Counted from the first letter of the whole stretch, positions 1 to 10,056 are shown. The stretch is DNA of 62,774 nucleotides, filler included, from 4 parts of 4 records of this genome joined end to end with filler, not necessarily neighbours in it, one strand, 5' to 3'. Notes: generated by a model from the sequence alone, not told the origin. Made by a program: numbers and translations.

Positions 1-70
1 CCCGCCGCGGCAAGCCGCGACTCCCCCGAGACATTTAAGGCCAGATGAAGTTTGGGTCCCAGAATTCAAA

Positions 71-107
71 GGGCGGCGTTCGAATTCCGAAGCCGCCCAT
101 TTTCTTT
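71..107. terminator. Probable bidirectional intrinsic terminator downstream of dapA
   Basis: GGGCGGC (71-77) and GCCGCCC (92-98) form a stem with an inner TTCG/CGAA pairing. It is flanked by AAA on the left and ATTTTCTTT on the right, 28 nt past the dapA stop. Confidence 0.65.
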
Positions 108-125
108 GAGTTCATTGAAACAGGT

Positions 126-998
126 TCAGATCAGTCCAGCATGTACCATCGCTGAGTCGATGGCAGCTTTGGTGCTGTCATCCAACTCGGTCAGGGGTGA
201 ACGCACCTCAGTGCTGCACATGCCAAGTTTGCTGAGGGCGTATTTCGCGCCAACCAAACCGGGCTCAATAAAGATCGCTTCGTGAAGTGGCATCAAGCGA
301 TCCTGATAGTCCAGCGCCTTCGCATAATCACCAGCCAGCATTGCCTGCTGAAATTCCGCGCAAAGTTTCGGAGCCACATTCGCCGTAACCGAGATGCAGC
401 CGACACCGCCATGCGCATTGAAGCCTAGCGCGGTCGCGTCTTCCCCGGACAGCTGACAGAAATCGGTGCCACAGCTTGCACGTTGCTGGCTAACGCGCGC
501 CAGATCACCTGTGGCGTCTTTGACACCGATAATGCGCGGCAACTTCGCCAGCTCACCCATCGTTGCGGGTGTCATGTCTACGACCGAGCGCCCCGGGATA
601 TTGTAGATGATGATCGGAATATCGGCACAATCATGTAGGGCGCGGAAATGCGAGAACAGCCCTTTCTGGGATGGCTTGTTGTAGTATGGCGTCACCACAA
701 GCGCCGCGTCCGCACCTACCTTTTGAGCGAATCGCACAAACCGGATCGCCTCGACCGTGTTGTTGGATCCTGCACCGGCAATGACTGGAACCCGCCCTGC
801 GGATGTCTTGACGACCTGTTCCACGACGATCTCGTGCTCTTCATGACTAAGCGTTGGGCTTTCACCCGTGGTCCCAACAGGGACCAACCCCGTCGAGCCC
901 TGCTGAATCTGCCACTCCACCAGATGTTTGAGCGTATCCAGGTCCAACTCGCCGTTGCTGAACGGGGTAACGAGTGCCGGCATAGACCCTGTGAACAT
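126..998 (-). CDS. dapA: 4-hydroxy-tetrahydrodipicolinate synthase
   Basis: 290 aa with [26 protein letters not shown] and the Schiff-base lysine in IIGVKDATG. Confidence 0.96.
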   Translation of the reverse strand: MFTGSMPALVTPFSNGELDLDTLKHLVEWQIQQGSTGLVPVGTTGESPTLSHEEHEIVVEQVVKTSAGRVPVIAGAGSNNTVEAIRFVRFAQKVGADAALVVTPYYNKPSQKGLFSHFRALHDCADIPIIIYNIPGRSVVDMTPATMGELAKLPRIIGVKDATGDLARVSQQRASCGTDFCQLSGEDATALGFNAHGGVGCISVTANVAPKLCAEFQQAMLAGDYAKALDYQDRLMPLHEAIFIEPGLVGAKYALSKLGMCSTEVRSPLTELDDSTKAAIDSAMVHAGLI

Positions 999-1133
999 GG
1001 GTGCGCTCCTTCGAGGTGCAGATTGCAGTTTTTACGTCGCGGCCGCCGACAATCGTGGGTTTGTGAGTTGATCCCGGCAGCGCAAGCCTTATCCTGAATG
1101 GCTCTATCCTTGGTTGGTCAGGAAATGCAAGGG

Positions 1134-3107
1134 ATGACACGCTTTCTAACCCTGTTGATGTCGGTGATTGTGATTTCGGCGCTTACGCTTCAGCCTGTGC
1201 GGGCGGATGCGACCGGGAATCTGCGCGCCGGGCTTGATACCATGCGCAAAGGTGACTGGAATCAAGCGCTGAAAGTAGCCGGCACGCGCGGTTCAGTGGC
1301 ACGAGACATCATCGTGTGGCACTGGCTGCGTGAGGGCTTTGGCAGTTCGGGGGATGTGCTCGTATTTCTGGAGCGCCGTCCGGATTGGCCCGGATTGGCC
1401 TGGTTGCGCCGCAAGAGCGAGCCCTCTTTTACCGGGGCCGATCCTGAGCGAGTTCTGAAATTCTATGCCGGGATGCCTCCGCAAACAGCTGAAGGTGCGT
1501 TGAATTATGCCGTAGCCTTAAAGAGCAATGGTCGGAACGGTGATGCTGAAGCCGATATCGTGGCCGCATGGCGAACGATGCCAATGGGGTCAGGCCTGCA
1601 AAAGGATTACCTGGAGAATTTCGGAAGCCTGCTGAAACCACATCACGCGGCGCGGTTGGACCGGATGCTGTGGGACGGGCATCTGGTTAGTGCGGGTCGA
1701 ATGCTCCCTCTGATCGATACCGACTATCGCAAGCTGGCCGAGGCACGCATTGCCCTGCAAAAACGCGAGGACGGTGTGGATGGCAAGGTTGCCGCCGTGC
1801 CAGAATCACAGGCAAAGGACCCCGGTCTGGCCTTTGATCGGTTTGTCTGGCGTGATCGAAAGGAACTGGACGACAGCGCAATCGACCTGATGCTGGCACG
1901 CTCGACCGGGCCAAAGTCGCTGGGTGAACCCGACAAATGGGCAGAAGGACGGCGCAGGCTGGCGCGGCTTGAGATGCGAATGGGCGATGCGGAACGTGCC
2001 TATGCGATCGCTGCCAATCACCACATGACACCTGAAATGGGCTATGGGTATGCCGATCTGGAGTGGCTTTCCGGGTTTCTTGCCCTGCGTAAGTTGAACG
2101 ATCCGGACACCGCGGTGCGTCATTTCCAGAATTTCTCGGGCGCGGTGCAATCACCTATTTCGAAAGGGCGCGGCGGATATTGGCTGGGCCGCGCCTATGC
2201 AGCGCAAGGGGACGCAGACAAAGCGCATGAGGCCTATGCAGAAGGGGCGAACCATCAAACTTCGTTCTACGGATTGCTGGCAGCCGAGCAGATCGGTCGC
2301 CCATTTGACAGCGAGCTGGCCAACCCGCGTCGTGCGCCCCATTGGAAACAGGCTGAATTCGCTGACTCCAGCGTGTTAGAGGCTGGATTGCTGTTGCAGC
2401 GCGCGGGTGAGGATAACTTGTCGGAACGGTTCCTGACCCATCTGGTCGAGAGCCTTGATCAGACACAAGCTGCACAACTGGGCGATCTGGCGCTTGAACT
2501 CAATGAGCCGCATCTGGCGGTGATGATCGCCAAACGCGCGGCGACAACGGGCACCGTCCTGCCCGCCGCCTATTATCCTGTCCACCCGGTTGCCGACATT
2601 GGCTTGCCAATGGCCAAAGAGATGACACTGGCCATTGCCCGGCGTGAAAGTGAGTTTGATCCAGTCGTCATCAGCGGTGCAGGCGCACGGGGATTGATGC
2701 AGGTTATGCCAGCCACCGCCAAGCTGGTGGCGACGGATCTGGGCATTTTGGGTGGCCACAAAACCGCGCGACTGACCTCGGACTGGCAGTATAACGCGAA
2801 ACTGGGGGCGAACTATCTTGCGACACTGGCTGAGGATTTCAACGGAAACGTTGTGATGATGGCTGCCGGATACAATGCCGGACCCAGGCGTCCGATCTCG
2901 TGGATGGAACGCTATGGCGACCCACGCACAGGCGCGGTGGATGTGATCGACTGGATTGAGACCATCCCCTTCAAAGAAACGCGCAACTATGTGATGCGTG
3001 TTGCCGAAAGCCTGCCGGTCTACCGCGCGCGGTTGGGGCAGCCTGCTTTGCCGGTGCCTTTCTCGCAAGAATTGGTCGGCTCAACCCTTGCGTCGTTCGC
3101 GCCATAA
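1134..3107 (+). CDS. Soluble lytic murein transglycosylase (Slt70-like)
   Basis: N-terminal signal-like segment, long helical region and a C-terminal SLT domain (IARRES, GARGLMQVMP, AGYNAGP, IPFKETRNYV). The start could be 1098, 1125 or 1134. Confidence 0.9.
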   Translation: MTRFLTLLMSVIVISALTLQPVRADATGNLRAGLDTMRKGDWNQALKVAGTRGSVARDIIVWHWLREGFGSSGDVLVFLERRPDWPGLAWLRRKSEPSFTGADPERVLKFYAGMPPQTAEGALNYAVALKSNGRNGDAEADIVAAWRTMPMGSGLQKDYLENFGSLLKPHHAARLDRMLWDGHLVSAGRMLPLIDTDYRKLAEARIALQKREDGVDGKVAAVPESQAKDPGLAFDRFVWRDRKELDDSAIDLMLARSTGPKSLGEPDKWAEGRRRLARLEMRMGDAERAYAIAANHHMTPEMGYGYADLEWLSGFLALRKLNDPDTAVRHFQNFSGAVQSPISKGRGGYWLGRAYAAQGDADKAHEAYAEGANHQTSFYGLLAAEQIGRPFDSELANPRRAPHWKQAEFADSSVLEAGLLLQRAGEDNLSERFLTHLVESLDQTQAAQLGDLALELNEPHLAVMIAKRAATTGTVLPAAYYPVHPVADIGLPMAKEMTLAIARRESEFDPVVISGAGARGLMQVMPATAKLVATDLGILGGHKTARLTSDWQYNAKLGANYLATLAEDFNGNVVMMAAGYNAGPRRPISWMERYGDPRTGAVDVIDWIETIPFKETRNYVMRVAESLPVYRARLGQPALPVPFSQELVGSTLASFAP

Positions 3108-3950
3108 GGTGAACAGGCCCGCCGCAATCACCAAAGCTACGCCCAGAACGACCGCCGGGCGCAGTGCCTCATCGAAGATGGTGATGCCCAGAATTGCGCT
3201 CCACATCAGGTGGAAATAGGCAAAGGGTTGCACCGCGCTGGCCTCGGCCATCTCATAGCACTTGATCAGCAGCCAGTGCCCCAGCACGCCGGTGATGCAG
3301 AGCAGACCCATCCAAAGCCAGTCGCTGCTTATCATGGGTTCCCAGAACCATACACCAACAGCCGTCATCGCGACCGCACCCGCCACGCCGGTCCAGAAGA
3401 AACTGGTCGCAGTGCTGTCTTCCCGCGCGACATATCGCGTGAGCAACCCGTAGACGGCGAACATCAGCGCCGAGATCAGCGGGATAACCGCCCATGGGTT
3501 AAACACCCCCACACCAGGCTGAAGGATGATCAATACGCCGATACAGCCAACACCGATGGCCACCCAACGCCGCCAGCCGACTTTCTCGCCCAGAACCGGC
3601 CCGCTAAGGGCGGCGATCAGCAGTGGGTAGCAGATGAACACGGCCTGACTTTCGATCAGCCCGAGGATGGTGAAGCTGAAAACAGCGACACAAATCTCAG
3701 CAGCCAGCAAAAGGCCGCGAAAGATCTGCAGCCCAAGCTGGCGGGTCTGCGCCGCCACCCGCAACCCTCCCGGTGATCTTGCCGCCACGGCGATCACGAA
3801 GGCGGCAAAGAACCAGTACCGGATCATCACAACCATATAGGTGTTGTAGGTGCCCGCCAGATGTCGCGATATTCCGTCCTGCAACGCGAACACGATCGTC
3901 GCTCCGACCATCAGCGCGATACCGGCGTTGACGTTGTTCTTCTGGCTCAT
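3081..3950 (-). CDS. DMT/EamA family transporter
   Basis: About 10 hydrophobic segments, with LGEKVGWRRW and AEASAVQPF motifs. ATG at 3950 overlaps the stop of the upstream methyltransferase. Confidence 0.88.
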   Translation of the reverse strand: MSQKNNVNAGIALMVGATIVFALQDGISRHLAGTYNTYMVVMIRYWFFAAFVIAVAARSPGGLRVAAQTRQLGLQIFRGLLLAAEICVAVFSFTILGLIESQAVFICYPLLIAALSGPVLGEKVGWRRWVAIGVGCIGVLIILQPGVGVFNPWAVIPLISALMFAVYGLLTRYVAREDSTATSFFWTGVAGAVAMTAVGVWFWEPMISSDWLWMGLLCITGVLGHWLLIKCYEMAEASAVQPFAYFHLMWSAILGITIFDEALRPAVVLGVALVIAAGLFTLWRERRKG

Positions 3951-4612
3951 GGCTTCACTGCCCGGGTCATGTGCCGCTTGCGGCCAAAGCCCGGGCTGCG
4001 GGTCACGTTGAACCCTGCATCGGACAACCCCCGACGCACGAAACCGGCGGCGGTATACGTCGCCGCAGTGCCGCCTTTGACCGTGTGATCTGCCACGTGC
4101 TGCATCAGGTCCGAACCCCACAATTCGGGGTTCTTTGCGGGCGAGAATCCATCCAGAAACCATGCATCTGCTGCACCATCCCATGTAGGCAATGTCTGAC
4201 GCGCGTCACCTGTAATGACCTCAAGATGCAAGGTGTCCAACTCGCAATTCTGACCAGTCCAGACACTCAGAAAGCGGTCTGCCCAAGGCGACAGTTCAGG
4301 GAACGCCGCCAAAGCGCGCGCCATATCGTCTGATGCCATCGGATAGGCCTCGAAGCTGATGAAGTGCAGCGGGGTTGTCTGCCCAGAGGTCTCCCACTCT
4401 GACCAGACGGTCAACAGGTTCAGACCAGTGCCAAAACCCAGCTCGGCGATACAAAATCCCGGCGCAAAACGGTTAGGCAGTTCATTGCCTTCCAGAAACA
4501 CATGCCGTGTTTCATCCAGCCCGTTCTGTAACGAATAATAGGGATCATCAAATCGATCCGAGACCGGAATATGATCATCCGTCCAGGTCAGTTTGGCGCG
4601 CTGGTCTGCCAT
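3947..4612 (-). CDS. mnmD: tRNA (mnm5s2U34) methyltransferase, stand-alone MnmC N-terminal (MnmD-like) domain
   Basis: FDDPYYS, ETRHVFL, IAELGFGTGLN, WFLDGFSPAKNPELW and GFGRKRHM motifs. Confidence 0.9.
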   Translation of the reverse strand: MADQRAKLTWTDDHIPVSDRFDDPYYSLQNGLDETRHVFLEGNELPNRFAPGFCIAELGFGTGLNLLTVWSEWETSGQTTPLHFISFEAYPMASDDMARALAAFPELSPWADRFLSVWTGQNCELDTLHLEVITGDARQTLPTWDGAADAWFLDGFSPAKNPELWGSDLMQHVADHTVKGGTAATYTAAGFVRRGLSDAGFNVTRSPGFGRKRHMTRAVKP

Positions 4613-4667
4613 CGGGGAATCCTGTAGCTAAGCGGCGCGACACTGAACAAGGAAAAGGGGATTGGCA

Positions 4668-5702
4668 ATGGTCGATGTGACGGTGCGCGGCGCAGGGATT
4701 TTTGGCCTGTCCATCGCCTGGACCTGCGCAAGACGCGGCGCAAAGGTTCAGATCGTCGATCCCTTCGGTCCCGGAGCGGGATCCAGCGGTGGATTGGTTG
4801 GTGCACTCGCCCCACACGTACCCGAAAACTGGAATGCCAAAAAAGCGTTTCAGTTCGAAAGCCTGATCATGGCCAAACCGTTCTGGACACAGGTCGAGGC
4901 GACAGGCGGTGTATCACCCGGCTACGCGCGGCTTGGACGTTTGCAGCCCATTGCGGACGCGCGAGGGCTGGAGCTGGCCCGAGCACGGGAACAGACGGCG
5001 GCAATTCTCTGGCAAGGACAGGCTGATTGGATCGTCAGGGCTGTGGATCAGATTGGCGCATGGTGTCCGCCCAGCCCCACGGGATTTGTCATCCACGATA
5101 CGCTGAGTGCGCGCATGCACCCCCGGCGCGCCTGTGCAGCATTGGTGGCAGCACTTGCAGTGATGGGGATAGAGGTTACCACCGATGCGCCCGATATAGG
5201 GCAGGTCATTCACGCCACGGGGCTTGCGGGGCTGCAAGAGCTCAGCACTGCGTTTGGCAAGACGGTCGGAAATGGCGTCAAAGGGCAGGCAGCCTTGTTG
5301 CGCTTTGATGCAGGCGCCGTTCCACAACTGTTTGCCGATGCCGTCCACATTGTGCCTCATGCCGACGGAACGCTGGCTATCGGATCGACCTCAGAACGAG
5401 AGTATGACGATCCGAGCAGCACAGATTCTGCTTTGGACGATGTGCTGGATCGGGCCATGCGGGCAGTGCCTGTACTGCATGGGGCCGAAGTGATCGAACG
5501 CTGGGCCGGTATCCGCCCTCGCAGTAAAAGCCGTGCGCCAATGCTGGGCGCGCATCCGTTGCACACAGGGCAGTTCATTGCCAATGGTGGTTTCAAGATC
5601 GGGTTCGGCATGGCGCCGAAGGTGGCCGAAGTCATGGCCGATCTGGTTCTCGACGGGCGCGACGCGATCCCCGAGGATTTCCACCCAAAGGCTTCGCTGT
5701 GA
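4668..5702 (+). CDS. FAD-dependent oxidoreductase (DAO family), probable MnmC C-terminal-like partner
   Basis: GAGIFG FAD motif, VKGQ, IGSTSE and WAGIRPR. Divergent from mnmD. Alternative start is TTG at 4662. Confidence 0.8.
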   Translation: MVDVTVRGAGIFGLSIAWTCARRGAKVQIVDPFGPGAGSSGGLVGALAPHVPENWNAKKAFQFESLIMAKPFWTQVEATGGVSPGYARLGRLQPIADARGLELARAREQTAAILWQGQADWIVRAVDQIGAWCPPSPTGFVIHDTLSARMHPRRACAALVAALAVMGIEVTTDAPDIGQVIHATGLAGLQELSTAFGKTVGNGVKGQAALLRFDAGAVPQLFADAVHIVPHADGTLAIGSTSEREYDDPSSTDSALDDVLDRAMRAVPVLHGAEVIERWAGIRPRSKSRAPMLGAHPLHTGQFIANGGFKIGFGMAPKVAEVMADLVLDGRDAIPEDFHPKASL

Positions 5703-5769
5703 TGCGTCAACGCAAAACTGGCCATCCGGGCTTTGAGTACTCCAAACAGAATGGTGTGTAGCCAGGAGA

Positions 5770-6312
5770 TTAGAACCCGGCTTCGGTTCGCAATTTTTGC
5801 ATCAGCGCCTTCAGCGTGTGTTCATAACGATCATTCGATAACCGCCCGTCGGCATCGAATTCATTCGAACTGTCCGCCAGATGAATTTCAGGCCCCTGTA
5901 GAATGCGCGGCTGGAACGGAACCATGAAAGAACGCAGGATCATCTGAGCCCGCTCACCCCCGGCGCGCCCGGCAGCAGCAGACATTACCGCCACAGGTTT
6001 ATCCATCCACGGCTTACCACTGGTCCGGCTAACCCAGTCCAATGCGTTCTTCAAAACACCCGATGGCCCCTTGTTGTATTCCGGGGTCGAAATAACCACA
6101 GCATGAGCCTGCGCGATCTGATCTGCCAACAGTTGAACCATTTCGGGAACACCCACGTCAGCTTCGTGATCACCGTCATAAAGCGGCAGATTCAGATCAG
6201 CCTCGATGAATGTGCCCGGCTCGAACAGGCGCGCGGCTTCACGTAGCAGTTTGCGATTGGTCGCACCTTTTCGCAGCGAGCCAGAAAGGCCAAGAAGGAT
6301 CGGTTCGGACAT
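5770..6312 (-). CDS. NADPH-dependent FMN reductase
   Basis: GSLRKGATN and STPEYNKGPSGVLKNALDW motifs. Confidence 0.9.
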   Translation of the reverse strand: MSEPILLGLSGSLRKGATNRKLLREAARLFEPGTFIEADLNLPLYDGDHEADVGVPEMVQLLADQIAQAHAVVISTPEYNKGPSGVLKNALDWVSRTSGKPWMDKPVAVMSAAAGRAGGERAQMILRSFMVPFQPRILQGPEIHLADSSNEFDADGRLSNDRYEHTLKALMQKLRTEAGF

Positions 6313-6407
6313 GAAGAAACTCCGCTATGGTGTTTCCCCTAATTAGCCCGAGATACCCCTGAACCAAAGCCCAGGTGACGCGCAGTCACTGTGCGTGAAT
6401 TGCGTCG

Positions 6408-7079
6408 TCAGGCGTTGCCGCTGGGAATAACCACAATTTCGACGCGCCGGTTCTGGGCTTTGCCTTCTGGCGTCAAGTTCGACGCGATTGGGTTGTTTTC
6501 ACCCTGCCCCACCGTGGTGATACGGGAATAGCTGACGCCGTTGGCCTGCAAAATATCGGCCACGGAATTCGCCCGGCGTTCAGACAGGCCAAAGTTGTAT
6601 GACGCTTCTCCATCACTGTCCGTATGGCCGATGATCTGGACGTTCGAGTTCGGATAGTTGACCAGGTTCTGCCCAACTTTTACCAGATCGGCACGCAGGG
6701 CTGGACGTACGGTGGAACTGTCAGTGTCAAATGTGATGTCATTCGGGACCGTAACGATCAGGCGATCACCCGCGTTGACGATTGTAATGCCGTCATTGGC
6801 CAACTGTTGCCGCAGCTCAGCCGCTTGCCGGTCAAGCTGGTTGCCAATCACACCACCGCCTGCGGCACCGATGGCACCACCGGCCAGCGCACCCAGCAAC
6901 GGATCCGAGTCATTTGCGATTGCACCCACACCAGCACCGATCAAACCACCCAGCAATGCGCCTTGCTTGGCATTCTGGTTCGGGTCGTTCTGCACGGTGA
7001 GAGTGCCGGGATCGGTGCACGCCCCCAGAAACAGCGCCGAACACAACCCGGCTGTCAGTACACATTTGGAAATCGTCAT
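6408..7079 (-). CDS. OmpA family lipoprotein (YiaD-like)
   Basis: Lipobox LGAC, a glycine zipper, and an OmpA C-terminal domain (GHTDSDG, NFGLSERRA, NRRVEI). Confidence 0.92.
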   Translation of the reverse strand: MTISKCVLTAGLCSALFLGACTDPGTLTVQNDPNQNAKQGALLGGLIGAGVGAIANDSDPLLGALAGGAIGAAGGGVIGNQLDRQAAELRQQLANDGITIVNAGDRLIVTVPNDITFDTDSSTVRPALRADLVKVGQNLVNYPNSNVQIIGHTDSDGEASYNFGLSERRANSVADILQANGVSYSRITTVGQGENNPIASNLTPEGKAQNRRVEIVVIPSGNA

Positions 7080-7197
7080 GGAATCACCTTCTGCTCACGT
7101 ACCCGTTCGCCGGGCTTGCTTCGTTCCGTGCAGTATAACATGGTGATAACAAAGAGCCTCAAGCAACAATTGAGTGAGATAGGCAAATACCTGCCGT

Positions 7198-7890
7198 TCA
7201 GGCAGCCCCTGCCGTGTCAGCCCAAGTATTCTGCTCTTGCCAGATTGCGCGCAAGGGCTCTCCCTGCCCGCGAAATGAATCCTCGGTCAGTTCACAGGCC
7301 CATATCCGATCAGTGCGAAAGTGGCGAAACCCGTTCCTTAGCTCGCACCATGCTGCAAGCAAAGTGCATTCTATGTGATAGATCAGGGCAACGGGTCGCA
7401 CGGTTCGTTCGGTACGCTCGTCATTCGAATTCACGTAAGTGATGCGTATTTTTCGTTCGGCCCGGATCGCTTCGCGATAGTTCACCACAGGTATGCACCC
7501 TTTATCCGGGTCATCAAGCGGCGCGCCCCATGGTGCAACCTGAAGCCAGTTGGCAGGAGCCCGCAAAGCTTCAATCTTGCGGCACACGCGGTCAGCCGCC
7601 TGCTGCAAAGTACGGTCCCCAGTACGAGCCAGCATTGAAAGGCCAACCCACAGGGCCTCAACCTCTTCAGCATCAAAATTCAGCGGCGGCAAGTCATACC
7701 CGCGCCGCATCAGATACCCGACACCGGCCTCACCTTCGATCGGCGTACGCTGGGCCTGCAAAGCAGCAATATCGCGATAGACAGTACGGACCGAAACTTC
7801 GAGCTTGGTCGCCAGCGCTTCGGCCGTCATGGGGGCCTCTGCAGCACGCAGAATCTGAATGATTTCAAACAGGCGGGTCGAACGGCGCAT
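7198..7890 (-). CDS. YafY-type HTH + WYL domain transcriptional regulator
   Basis: HTH_11 (LEVSVRTVYRDI, GEAGVGY) and a WYL domain (AWCELRNGFRHFRTDRI). AGGAG RBS lies upstream of ATG 7890. Confidence 0.9.
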   Translation of the reverse strand: MRRSTRLFEIIQILRAAEAPMTAEALATKLEVSVRTVYRDIAALQAQRTPIEGEAGVGYLMRRGYDLPPLNFDAEEVEALWVGLSMLARTGDRTLQQAADRVCRKIEALRAPANWLQVAPWGAPLDDPDKGCIPVVNYREAIRAERKIRITYVNSNDERTERTVRPVALIYHIECTLLAAWCELRNGFRHFRTDRIWACELTEDSFRGQGEPLRAIWQEQNTWADTAGAA

Positions 7891-7931
7891 CCGTGTCTCC
7901 TTGTGATCTGCTGACAGCTTAGCACACCCCA

Positions 7932-7949
7932 CTGACAAGGTGGTGTCAG
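7932..7949. promoter_or_regulatory. Palindromic operator CTGACA-N6-TGTCAG, probable WYL regulator site
   Basis: Perfect inverted repeat in the 104-nt gap between divergent genes, plus an extra CTGACA half-site at 7911-7916. Confidence 0.65.
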
Positions 7950-7994
7950 GAGCGTTGGACGAAGATTGGTCAATCACTAATCAGGAGATTGACC

Positions 7995-8186
7995 ATGCCT
8001 TATCTCGACAATCACGTCATGATGACATTGAAGCTGGATCGCTGGTCCCAGGATCATGTTCTGCGCGGCTTTGAGATTGAGCGTGAGCGCGCAGCGGCCC
8101 GTGAGCGGCACGCCGTACGCCCCGCCAAACGAACCAAGCGAATTTCTCTGGGCAACCTGAAAATGCTGTGGACCAGCAACGCCTAG
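7995..8186 (+). CDS. Small hypothetical protein (63 aa) divergent from the WYL regulator
   Basis: AGGAG at 7983-7987 precedes ATG 7995. The ORF fills the gap exactly up to the stop of the pseudouridine synthase gene. Confidence 0.6.
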   Translation: MPYLDNHVMMTLKLDRWSQDHVLRGFEIERERAAARERHAVRPAKRTKRISLGNLKMLWTSNA

Positions 8187-8187
8187 T

Positions 8188-8835
8188 TTAAAACCCAGCC
8201 GGCGCGCGGAACTTCATCGAAATACCGCCTTCGGGGTTCTTCAACCGCAATTCCTCGGAATGCAGCATCAGCCGCGGAAAATCCTGCGCGGCGCCATCGG
8301 CATAAAACGGATCGCCCAGAATCGGGTGCCCCAGCGCCAGCATGTGTACACGCAGCTGATGCGAACGCCCGGTTTTGGGAAACAGACGCACCCGCGTTGT
8401 TTCACCATCATATTTTACCACTCGCCAGTCGGTGACAGCGGGTTTTCCTGTCTCGTGGCAAACCATCTGGCGTGGACGATTTGGCCAGTCGACGATCAGC
8501 GGCAGATCGACGGTTCCCGTTTTTTGTTCGACACGCCCCCAAACGCGCGCGACATAGGTCTTGCGAGTCTGTCTGTTTTCGAATTGCAACCCTAGATGCC
8601 GCTGCGCGTGCGGCGTCTGGGCAAATACCATCACACCGGATGTATCCCGATCCAACCGATGCACCAACAGTGCCTGCGGAAACGCAGCCTGCACGCGGGA
8701 CAGCAGGCAATCGGCCAGATGCGCCCCCCGCCCGGGCACTGACAAAAGGCCCGCGGGCTTGTTCACCACGATCAATTGCGTGTCTTCAAACAGCACATCC
8801 AGCGGCGTTTTGGGAGGATCATAGGTTTCGCTCAT
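8188..8835 (-). CDS. RluA family pseudouridine synthase
   Basis: VNKPAGLLSVPG, catalytic HRLDRDTSG, TGRSHQLRVH and HPILGD. Confidence 0.93.
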   Translation of the reverse strand: MSETYDPPKTPLDVLFEDTQLIVVNKPAGLLSVPGRGAHLADCLLSRVQAAFPQALLVHRLDRDTSGVMVFAQTPHAQRHLGLQFENRQTRKTYVARVWGRVEQKTGTVDLPLIVDWPNRPRQMVCHETGKPAVTDWRVVKYDGETTRVRLFPKTGRSHQLRVHMLALGHPILGDPFYADGAAQDFPRLMLHSEELRLKNPEGGISMKFRAPAGF

Positions 8836-8932
8836 GCGGGCCTGCGTATCTCAGCCCGCCACTTCCCGCAACGTCGTCCTTGCCTGAACGAGACGGTTCA
8901 GCAACTCTTTCACCAACCTGAAGGATGAACGC

Positions 8933-9343
8933 ATGCACCCGACGATCAAAAGAATGCAAGACGTTGTCGCAAAGGGCGATGAAAGTCTGATCCATGAACT
9001 GTTGGCAGAAGATGTGCGGTTTTCGCCACCTACCTATTACAGCACATGGACAGGGCGCGAACCAGTTGCAGCCGTCCTGGGTCATGTGGGCCAGGTATTC
9101 TCAGATTTTCGGTATCGCCGGATTATGGGCGACGGCAACGATTGGGCATTGGAGTTTCAATGCAAAGTCGGCGAGCTGGACGCGGTTGGCGTCGATCTGA
9201 TCACTCTGAGCCAAGATGGGTTGATTCAGGAGTTCGAGGTCGTCATGCGCCCCTACAAAACTGTGGGCGCTTTGCGCGAAGCTATGATGGCGCGGGTCAT
9301 GAAAGATGTCCGCTTTCTCAAGTACAAAGACGCGCTGAGCTGA
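8933..9343 (+). CDS. SnoaL-like / NTF2 family protein
   Basis: LLAEDVRFSPP, GVDLI and EFEVVMRP pattern, with an AAGGA RBS. Confidence 0.8.
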   Translation: MHPTIKRMQDVVAKGDESLIHELLAEDVRFSPPTYYSTWTGREPVAAVLGHVGQVFSDFRYRRIMGDGNDWALEFQCKVGELDAVGVDLITLSQDGLIQEFEVVMRPYKTVGALREAMMARVMKDVRFLKYKDALS

Positions 9344-9345
9344 CG

Positions 9346-10056
9346 ATGCTTTCGTCGATCGGTGCAGATCAGATTCTGCGGGTTCCACTGCTGCCCATAC
9401 TCGCCCTTCAGGGGCTTGTAGTTCGGCGCAAAGCTAAGTTCCTGCCGGAGCCAACTGGCTCCCGCGATGGGCGCGAGGGGCGCGGGCCGCGCCTTCGGCT
9501 GCTGATCGCCGGAGACAGCTCGGCCGCCGGAGTTGGCGCTGGTACACAAAGGCAAGCACTGTCGGGGCAATTGGTCAGTCGTTTGGCAATGCATCACACA
9601 GTTGAATGGAGGCTAGAAGCGACCACCGGACATACCACGCAAGATACGATCAATCGGCTACAAGAGTTGCACGAGCCATTTGACGTGGTTGTGACCGCAC
9701 TTGGCGTGAATGACGTAACTCGTGCCGTGCACAAGCAACGTTTCGAGACACAGCAAAGACAGTTGCTGACTTTGCTGACCGGCCAGATGCGGGCGCAAAA
9801 GGTGATTGTAACGGCAGTGCCTCAGATGGCTCGGTTCCCGGCGCTGCCACAACCCCTGGCCTGGGTTCTGGGGCAGCAGGCCGCCCGGCTGGATCGGGGT
9901 CTGCAAAACGCCGTCGCGGGTTTCCCGCAGGCAACGCATCTTGCTTTGGATCTACCGGATGACCCGGCTCTTGCCGCCATGGACGGGTACCATCCGAGCC
10001 CCAAAACCTATGCAATCTGGGCTGAAGAACTCACCCGGATCATAAATCAGGCCTGA
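9346..10056 (+). CDS. SGNH/GDSL hydrolase
   Basis: GDSSAAG (block I), LGVND (block III) and DGYHP (block V). Confidence 0.88.
   Translation: MLSSIGADQILRVPLLPILALQGLVVRRKAKFLPEPTGSRDGREGRGPRLRLLIAGDSSAAGVGAGTQRQALSGQLVSRLAMHHTVEWRLEATTGHTTQDTINRLQELHEPFDVVVTALGVNDVTRAVHKQRFETQQRQLLTLLTGQMRAQKVIVTAVPQMARFPALPQPLAWVLGQQAARLDRGLQNAVAGFPQATHLALDLPDDPALAAMDGYHPSPKTYAIWAEELTRIINQA

Noticed and set aside
7198-7890. WYL gene as marker of a CRISPR, BREX or CBASS defence island
   Set aside because: The neighbours are housekeeping genes. I saw no cas genes, repeat-spacer array or defence effectors anywhere in the window.
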